This document shows positions 1-6,004 of a DNA stretch of 33,276 nucleotides, piece by piece. Numbering within the stretch: position 1 is the stretch's first letter; every line of letters starts with the position of its first letter. This DNA is from Pseudomonadota bacterium (lineage in GTDB: Bacteria; Myxococcota; JACRCW01; JAFGSX01), in NCBI GenBank assembly GCA_043821645.1, contig JBDRCO010000122.1, positions 1-33,276 of the forward strand, read 5' to 3'. Made by a program: the position numbers and the translations under genes. The notes below the pieces were generated by a model. It was given only the letters and a program-made list of their open reading frames with translations. It did no database searches and was not told the origin of the DNA.

Positions 1-1
1 C

Positions 2-781
2 ACCAAGGCCATAGGCTCGGCGCTGATCAAGCACGATAAGCTGGACGCACGGGTTCTGGCGTCGCTCAACGCGGCAGATGTGCTGGCCAGGGTGTCGCGG
101 CCGACGCTCAAGGAGCGCCTGGCTCGCACTCCCGTCGTCATTCGGGACGGGCTTGTGCAGTGCCGGGCCACGTTGATCAACACGGTGCGCTCGGTGCTGG
201 ACGCCGAGGGCATCGAGGTCGCGTCGAGCACAGCCGACGGGTTCACGAGCAAGGTCTGCTCCGTTCTCGCTGAAGCGCCCAAGGAACTGGCCGAGGCGGT
301 GACGCCGATGCTGGAAGCGATCGACGCGCTGAGTGAGCAGATCGCCACATGCGACGAGGCGATCGAGCTGAGCGTGAAGTCGGACCCGGTGGCGCTCGGG
401 CTGATGACAGCGCCGGGCGTCGGTCCCATCGTGACGTCTTACTTTGCGATGGCGGTTCGAGATCCCTCGCGCTTCAAGAGCTGCCGGCAGGTCAGTGCGT
501 ATCTCGGCCTGGTACCGTCGCTGTACGCCTCGGGGCAGACCTCTCGACGAGGGCGCATCACCAAGCACGGCAGCCGCAAGGCGCGCTGGGCGCTGACCGT
601 GGCGGCGAACGCGGTCTTGCGAACGCGGTCTCCGAGTCGGCTCCGGGACTGGGGACTGGTTCTGGTCAAGCGCCTGGGTCGCAAGAAGGCCATCGTCGCC
701 ATCGCGCGCAAGCTGGCGAACGTGCTGTGGGCGATGAGGAAGAACGAAAGAGTATTCGAGCCCATGCACGGCATGGCGTGA
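2..781 (+). CDS. IS110-family (IS1111-type) transposase/recombinase, 5'-truncated by the window edge
   Basis: The frame of ORF 80..781 is open back to base 2 and reads TKAIGSALIKHDKLDARVLA (IS110 K-x-D-x-x-D-A motif). C-terminal domain motifs: PGVGPI, AYLGLVPSLYASG (catalytic SG), ITKHGS, AIARKL. Confidence 0.95.
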   Translation, partial: TKAIGSALIKHDKLDARVLASLNAADVLARVSRPTLKERLARTPVVIRDGLVQCRATLINTVRSVLDAEGIEVASSTADGFTSKVCSVLAEAPKELAEAVTPMLEAIDALSEQIATCDEAIELSVKSDPVALGLMTAPGVGPIVTSYFAMAVRDPSRFKSCRQVSAYLGLVPSLYASGQTSRRGRITKHGSRKARWALTVAANAVLRTRSPSRLRDWGLVLVKRLGRKKAIVAIARKLANVLWAMRKNERVFEPMHGMA

Positions 782-789
782 CAACGGAG

Positions 790-1000
790 AATCTATAACG
801 TCACCGCGGAGCCAAGGTGAGGTTTCGGAGGTCATCCATTGTGTGGAGTGCGGCAGGTGCCATGGCGGGACAACTACGCCGAGTGTCTGATTGCACCCAC
901 CTCTCGAAAACCATCCTGTGCCCGGGCATCAAGGCCCGACCAAGAGCACGTATCGATGGCTGAGGAGACGCTCTCGACGACGACACCGGGGATCCGCTGA
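790..1000 (+). ncRNA. Putative bridge/seek RNA of the IS1111-type element
   Basis: Nested stems 821-832/899-912, 848-853/891-896, 864-867/877-880, 918-921/946-949. 855-863 (AGGTGCCAT) is the reverse complement of 1093-1101, and 951-960 (TATCGATGGC) is identical to 1088-1097. Boundaries approximate. Confidence 0.7.
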
Positions 1001-1068
1001 TCAGTTCTGGAGGTCAGACAGGAAAGATATCAGGACACAGCGATAGCCCGGGCAAGGCCAGGTCGTGC

Positions 1069-1074
1069 TTGACA
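1069..1074 (+). promoter_or_regulatory. -35 hexamer near the IS right end (candidate circle-junction or outward promoter half)
   Basis: Perfect TTGACA just inside the putative right IR, as is typical for IS1111-type ends. No partner -10 can be verified in this window. Confidence 0.45.
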
Positions 1075-1131
1075 TGGGGGGCCGCTTTATCGATGGCACC
1101 TATTCCGGGGGACGCCCCGACGGGCTGCGAC

Positions 1132-1755
1132 TCACAGTGCCTTGTCGAAGTAGACCCGAACCCCGGCCGCACCGTGGATGCCAATGCCCCACTCCTCGTT
1201 GGAGGTGGTGTTGACCTCGACCAGATGAGTGCCAAGGGTCAGGTAGGGCGCCAGCGACAGGCCGCCGCTGCTGTCCTTTTGCAGTCCGATGTCATAGCTC
1301 AGGTCCAGGCCAAAGTTGACGTACTGGATCATGTTGTCGCGCTGGCCGTCGTCGAACAGGAAACCCCAGCCCACCATCAATCCGGCCGCGAAGTCCCCGA
1401 ACAGGAGGTCGAACAGGACGCGGGGCTCGAGCATGTGGTTGGGGCGGAAGTAGGTGATCGTGCTGAAGCCCTCGCCCAGGGAGTAGGTGTACGCGTCCTT
1501 GGTAATCAGGTTGTGCGAGGCGGCCAGCTGTAGCTCGACCCTGCCGAGGTTGCTCTGCCAGGTCCCGCCCAGGCCGTACATCGGTCCGCCAAAGGTCAAG
1601 AATTGCACCTGTCCAATGTCGGTCCAGCTCTCGAAATCCGCGTAAGAGACAAAGGCCGTGACGCCAAGAAGGTCGTCCTCCGCGGTGGCGGTGCTGGGAA
1701 CGAGCAGGACCGCGGGAAGCACTCCGACGAGGGCAAGAAAATGTGATGGCTGCAC
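1132..1755 (-). CDS. Exported protein, probable small outer-membrane beta-barrel
   Basis: GTG start with AAAGGAG RBS, signal peptide (LLVPSTATA/EDD), alternating hydrophobic/aromatic beta strands, C-terminal strand GAAGVRVYF. Confidence 0.7.
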   Translation of the reverse strand: MQPSHFLALVGVLPAVLLVPSTATAEDDLLGVTAFVSYADFESWTDIGQVQFLTFGGPMYGLGGTWQSNLGRVELQLAASHNLITKDAYTYSLGEGFSTITYFRPNHMLEPRVLFDLLFGDFAAGLMVGWGFLFDDGQRDNMIQYVNFGLDLSYDIGLQKDSSGGLSLAPYLTLGTHLVEVNTTSNEEWGIGIHGAAGVRVYFDKAL

Positions 1756-1807
1756 GTGCGTTCTCCTTTCTCCAGACGTCCTGCAGGGGCGTGTTCCGTT
1801 GGCACGG

Positions 1808-2289
1808 CTATTCAGGAAAGCGGTTCTCGGTGTCTCGCATCACGCGATGATTCCAGCCATCGCCCTCGGCCACGGACGTCATTCACTCACCCAGGTAGGA
1901 CACAAACAAATGCTCCTCGGTGGCCTTGAGGTGTGCCACGGCGAAGTAGGGCTCGGACATGGGGCCCGCACCGCTCCAGGTATCAGCCACCGGCTGCCAG
2001 GTTTCGGCATCCACCATCTCGAAGATCCAGGTGTCTTCGTCCGGGGCCTGCTGGCGCCCAGGCCGCCGCGCTGCCCACTGGACCAGCGTGACTCCCCGTT
2101 CAGTTCCTCGGTCTCATCGAGCTTGAGAACCTGAAACTGTCCCCCGCCGATGCGGGCGTGGTAGGTCCAGTTGTGAACGACCATTTCATCGTCCTGCCAC
2201 GCGAACCAGTGCTCCTAGGGAGCACAGTCGAGGGCCAGGCCCCAGGCCAGCGACGACACCGCCGCCAATTCGACCGACGCACGGTTCAT
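1808..2289 (-). pseudogene. Degraded hypothetical gene
   Basis: ATG at 2289 gives MNRASVELAAVSSLAWGLALDCAP*(TAG)EHWFAWQDDEMVVHNWTYHARIGGGQFQVLKLDETEELNG. After a frameshift it continues ..APDEDTWIFEMVDAETWQPVADTWSGAGPMSEPYFAVAHLKATEEHLFVSYLGE*MTSVAEGDGWNHRVMRDTENRFPE*, with coding-like codon usage across the breaks. Confidence 0.5.
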
Positions 2290-2400
2290 TGTTCCAAGCC
2301 TTCTCGCAGCAAGCACAAGCGCATTTTACGGTCAGCGGCGAGTTCGGACGAAGCGATTTCTGCCCCTGTACGGTGCTTGATGGAGTGAACAACGATGGAA

Positions 2401-2444
2401 GGTGACGGGGACAAAGCCAACACCACGGTGACGGGGACAGAGCC
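2401..2444 (+). repeat. Direct repeat GGTGACGGGGACA(A/G)AGCC x2, period 26 nt
   Basis: 2401-2418 and 2427-2444, 17/18 identical. Confidence 0.8.
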
Positions 2445-2447
2445 GAA

Positions 2448-2560
2448 CGATCGGGCAAACCCCCTGCTGAGTATGGGATGATGCTCCACTTGGGTCAGAG
2501 CGCGCCAGCAAAGGCGGCTGATCCAACACATGCGGTCGCCGGAGAACCCGGGGCGGTTCA
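2448..2560 (+). mobile_element. IS3-family (IS51/IS6110-like) right-end remnant
   Basis: 2535-2560 GTCGCCGGAGAACCCGGGGCGGTTCA resembles the IS6110/IS629-type IRR (...CCGGGGCGGTTCA). Upstream DNA translates as IG..PPAEYGMMLHLGQSAPAKAA, resembling the OrfB C-terminal PPAEYE motif. Confidence 0.75.
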
Positions 2561-2677
2561 GGTACGACCGTACGTGCGGCGGCAGCAGCCGATCATGTCG
2601 ACGGCTTGACCACCCTGTGCGCCACACTGGATCATTGACCGGACCCGGGATCCATACGCGTTGCGGAGGCTGAGTCC

Positions 2678-4246
2678 ATGTTCGATGTCTTCGCGGCAGC
2701 CGGGTATCGTCAACGTTCGCCGTTCATCACCTGCTGCGCGGCGAGCCTCCTGCTCGTGGGGGTGGGCGGCTGCCCGGAAGCGCAAACCACAGGCAGCGCG
2801 GCCGACGCCGCCACCCTGGATTCGCAATCAGACCGGTGGGACAGCGCCACCGCGGCCGACGCTGCCGCCCTGGATTCGCAATCAGACCTGAGGGACAGCG
2901 CCACCGACGCCGCCGTCCTGGATTCGCAATCAGATCGGAGGGACAGCGCCACCGCGGCCGACGCCGTTGCCCTGGATTCGCAATCAGACCGGAGGGACAG
3001 CGCCTCCGCGGCAGATGCCGCTGGCGATGCCGCTGACGGGGCGGATGGAGGCGTGGGAGACAGCTCGGCGTTGGAGGATGCAAGCGAGGGCGATGACAGA
3101 CGCACCCAGTTCACCTGCAACCCCGCCACCACAGGCCTGACCGCACCCTTGCCCGAGTGTACGGTCGACAATCCCTGTGCGCGCCCCACCGGCCCAGACC
3201 AAACCGTACCCTCCGCGCCTCCCGACTGCCCCCTCAGCGATTGGGACGAAGTTGCCGAACAGCAGATCGTGGGGACCATGCGCTATGCCTGTATCCATCG
3301 CGCAGCCGCAAGTCCGAGACCGCTGGTTCTGTTTTTTCACCCGGGTGGCGACGGCGCGTCGGTGGTCTCGGCGACGTCGCTACTGGCCAGGTCCACGACC
3401 ACGAATCTCACTGGCGTCACGGGACAGACCGGATTCACGCTGCTCGCCATTCACGGGCGTCGCATCAGGTTTGGCACAGCCGCCAATCGTGACGGCGAGT
3501 ATCACCACGATTTCTACTATCGCGACCTGAGCTCACCCTCGACAAACCCCGACATCGCCAATGCCGACGCCTGGATCGACCGCATGATCAGCGAGGGCAT
3601 CGTCGACACCAACCGCATCTATGTGATGGGCTGGTCCAACGGTGCCTTCTTCGGACAGCTCTACGCCGTGGCACGTCACGCCACCGGCACCCCCGTGCAC
3701 CACGCTCGGGTGGCAGCGGCGGTGGTCTTCGCCGGCGGCGATCCCTTCAACGGCATCGACGCCAATCCCTTTGCGGATCCCTCTTTCTCGCCGACCACCG
3801 ACGGGGCAGAGTGCCAGCTGAGCACCTATCCCAGCTCGACCGTCCCCATTCTGCTCGTCTATCGAACCTGTGACGTCACCGTTCCCTGTGGTCCTGCCGA
3901 CATCGCCTGCTGGGGTACCAATCGCGGCTATCCCGTCGATTCCTGGCTCAGCAAGGCAGCCACGTACCTGCCCAACCTCACGAGCGTCATGATCAACGGT
4001 GCCGAACCCGAGCGCTCGGGCTTGCAAGACGAGACCGCCACCACCTGCTCGGACGTCGCGCCGAGATGCGGCAGCGAGACCCAGCCTTCGGCTCAGCAAT
4101 GCCTGGTCGACATCTCGGTCTCATCAACCGCCTACTGCCAGTGCTTCTTCAACCACTTGCGTTGGCCGGACAACGACTACCCCGGCTCGACGATCGATCG
4201 CGAGGCGGGGATGCTCCTCTACCTGCGCGCCAATCCTCTCAACTGA
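2678..4246 (+). CDS. Secreted/lipoprotein alpha/beta-hydrolase (PHB-depolymerase/esterase-like) with N-terminal Asp/Ala/Ser repeats
   Basis: Hydrophobic segment ending LLLVGVGGC, LVLFFHPGG (oxyanion region), DTNRIYVMGWSNGA (G-x-S-x-G nucleophile elbow), many Cys, C-terminal NHLRWP. Confidence 0.8.
   Translation: MFDVFAAAGYRQRSPFITCCAASLLLVGVGGCPEAQTTGSAADAATLDSQSDRWDSATAADAAALDSQSDLRDSATDAAVLDSQSDRRDSATAADAVALDSQSDRRDSASAADAAGDAADGADGGVGDSSALEDASEGDDRRTQFTCNPATTGLTAPLPECTVDNPCARPTGPDQTVPSAPPDCPLSDWDEVAEQQIVGTMRYACIHRAAASPRPLVLFFHPGGDGASVVSATSLLARSTTTNLTGVTGQTGFTLLAIHGRRIRFGTAANRDGEYHHDFYYRDLSSPSTNPDIANADAWIDRMISEGIVDTNRIYVMGWSNGAFFGQLYAVARHATGTPVHHARVAAAVVFAGGDPFNGIDANPFADPSFSPTTDGAECQLSTYPSSTVPILLVYRTCDVTVPCGPADIACWGTNRGYPVDSWLSKAATYLPNLTSVMINGAEPERSGLQDETATTCSDVAPRCGSETQPSAQQCLVDISVSSTAYCQCFFNHLRWPDNDYPGSTIDREAGMLLYLRANPLN
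2798..3020 (+). repeat. Intragenic tandem repeat, 4 units of 54/48/54 nt spacing (AADAAxLDSQSDRRDSAT)
   Basis: Core CTGGATTCGCAATCAGA starts at 2816, 2870, 2918, 2972. All spacings are multiples of 3. Confidence 0.95.
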
Positions 4247-4498
4247 CACGCACCCGATCGTTCGGGCGCTGGACCTCAGGCGGCCAGCGTTCGAGACTCC
4301 CCTGCACCGGTGTTCGGGCATCGACGACGCCGCGACCGGGTTCTCCGTCGCTGGCGTGACCCCGCAGAGAAGTTGCAGAACGCTTTGGGTCGATAGCGAC
4401 CCACACTGGCCGGGCGTTTACAACATGCCTGATTTTGGCTGAATCGAGACCGCGTAGTCGGCGAGCCGCGAAGAATGGCAGGACTGGAGGAGAGGTCG

Positions 4499-4642
4499 AT
4501 GCTCAGTACGAGGCTTCGGGATTTCATCGGCCCGATTCGCGAGATGTGCGGCGCGCAGTTTCAAAAAACCTGCAGCCGCTGTGGCAAGCACGACGAGAGC
4601 TTCGAGGCGTTCGCCCGGGAGACGCAGCCGATCGGCGTGTGA
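4499..4642 (+). pseudogene. Short or truncated ORF with CxxC (possible zinc-ribbon protein N-terminus)
   Basis: Strong RBS GGAGGAGAGG; MLSTRLRDFIGPIREMCGAQFQKTCSRCGKHDESFEAFARETQPIGV*. It ends at a TA immediately before the IS630-like remnant. Confidence 0.45.
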
Positions 4643-4895
4643 TACGGATTCAAGCTGACTCGGATCGAGGCCCTGGATCATGAGGCTGTGATCTCCCCAA
4701 GGAGGTCGCATGCCTCACCCCGTCGTCGTCACGCCACACCTGACCGTCCACCTGACCGTCCCCGAGCTTGAAGGCCGCTACCGGCAGTGCCGGGACGCCG
4801 TTGTGAAGATCCACTTGCAGGCGATCCTGCTGGTGGTCCATGGGTATGGCACGGCGGATGTGGCCAAGGTCTGTGGCTACAAGCCGCACGCGGTG
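4643..4895 (+). mobile_element. IS630-family remnant (left end plus N-terminal HTH of transposase starting 4710)
   Basis: AAGGAGG RBS then MPHPVVVTPHLTV(HLTV)PELEGRYRQCRDAVVKIHLQAILLVVHGYGTADVAKVCGY, resembling the IS630 HTH pattern HLS.EELE.RYR...D...H.Q.I.LL..G....VA...GY. Has a 12-nt tandem duplication (4737-4748/4749-4760). No DDE domain follows. Confidence 0.7.
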
Positions 4896-4990
4896 GCTGG
4901 CACGCTGGCGGGCAGCTCCGGCGCCCGTCACCCTCCCGCTCGCACCTCCTGCGAGGTACGCTCAGACCAACCGTCGCCAAGGGCCATGCC

Positions 4991-5791
4991 ATGTCCACAC
5001 TGCTGGCCGTGAGTCGCTGGGCCACCACGCCTGCCGCCGAGGCCGCCACCCTGGCAGCGGAGCTCGGCATCGCCGTGTACGATCTGACGCTCCGACTCAA
5101 CGGGCCGCTGCCCGTCCTCGTCGCCACCAACCTCGAGGACAGCGCGGCGCGGCGCCTGCTGGGCGGGCTGCGCGCACGGAACAATGGAGCCATTTGCCTC
5201 GACCAGCACACACTGCTGGCCGTGGCCGATCTCTACGTGCCCAGGACCTTTTCCGGGGACGCCACCGGGCTGGTTCTCAGCGAACCCGGAAAGCCGCCTG
5301 TGAGCGTTCGCTTTGGCGAGATCGCGGCCCTGCTCAGAGCCAAAGGCTCGGTCGAGTCGAGCACTCATATCAAGACCGAGCACAGGACGTTCAGCGCAGC
5401 CAAGGCTGTCATGACGGGCGGGCTCCTGGTGAGCAAGACGGTCCGCAGCGAGCTAAGCCAGGTCGTCGCCGAGCAGGAGCAGGTCCTGTACATCGTGATG
5501 GCCGCACCCGCCCGGGCCCTCGTGTTGCAGGAGAGCACCCTGCACTACGAGGGTCTCGGCGCCCTGTTGCAGAAGACCACCGCCGAGAACTTCAGGATCC
5601 TGCGGCAGGTGTTACGCGATCACGCGCCGCAGGCCCTGTACGACGAGCGGCTGTTTGTACAGCGTCGCAAGCGCGAGCTGGTCAGCCTGGCAGGCACCAC
5701 GACCAACAGCGAGGCGATCAGCTCGAATAGCTACACCAACCTGCTGGCCGCGCAGCTCATCGTCGCAGCCCACCGCGAAGGCCAGCTTTGA
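4991..5791 (+). CDS. Hypothetical protein
   Basis: ATG 4991 in the frame of ORF 4787..5791; globular-looking sequence with GC3-rich codons; no recognised motif. Confidence 0.7.
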   Translation: MSTLLAVSRWATTPAAEAATLAAELGIAVYDLTLRLNGPLPVLVATNLEDSAARRLLGGLRARNNGAICLDQHTLLAVADLYVPRTFSGDATGLVLSEPGKPPVSVRFGEIAALLRAKGSVESSTHIKTEHRTFSAAKAVMTGGLLVSKTVRSELSQVVAEQEQVLYIVMAAPARALVLQESTLHYEGLGALLQKTTAENFRILRQVLRDHAPQALYDERLFVQRRKRELVSLAGTTTNSEAISSNSYTNLLAAQLIVAAHREGQL

Positions 5792-6004
5792 GCTGCTTCT
5801 CACAGCAGTCCTCGGTCGCCCTTGCGCGCGGCCCCCACCCCTCGGGCTCGCCCCGCCGTTCCCGCTCGACGCGCAGGGGCCCTGCCCCGGGCCCAGCGCC
5901 AGGATCCTCACATGTTCGATCAAACTGGCGCCGGCATCTGGTGGCCACCTTCCCTGTGCTGCCGGGGACTCTGAAGCGAGAGCATGGACGCTCGCGGGTG
6001 TGGC

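Larger units (their letters stand above)
1..1093 (+). mobile_element. IS1111-type insertion sequence, right portion (left end outside window)
   Basis: Transposase is followed by about 310 nt of non-coding DNA ending in TTGACA (1069-1074) and a candidate sub-terminal IR GGGGCCGCTTTAT (ends 1090), then 3 nt (CGA). This matches the IS1111 right-end layout. The exact end is inferred. Confidence 0.8.

Noticed and set aside
1800-1814. TGGCACGGCTATTCA sigma-54-like motif
   Set aside because: The -12 GC is absent and no plus-strand gene lies close downstream.
2568-2577. GCACGTACGG on the minus strand resembling group II intron domain V
   Set aside because: The 5' half of domain V (AGC/CGC triad helix) and any RT gene are missing; the adjacent sequence is better explained as an IS3 end.
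2798-3020. CRISPR-like array (17-nt core recurring every 48-54 nt)
   Set aside because: The intervening sequences are also near-identical (no unique spacers), spacings are multiples of 3 within an ORF, and there are no cas genes.
1094-4500. Integron cassette array (some IS1111 elements target attC)
   Set aside because: No RYYYAAC...GTTRRRY attC structures or integrase were found, and the genes are in mixed orientation.
4701-4712. GGAGGTCGCATG identical at 4701-4712 and 26281-26292
   Set aside because: Mostly RBS plus start codon; only 4 free bases match, which is compatible with chance.
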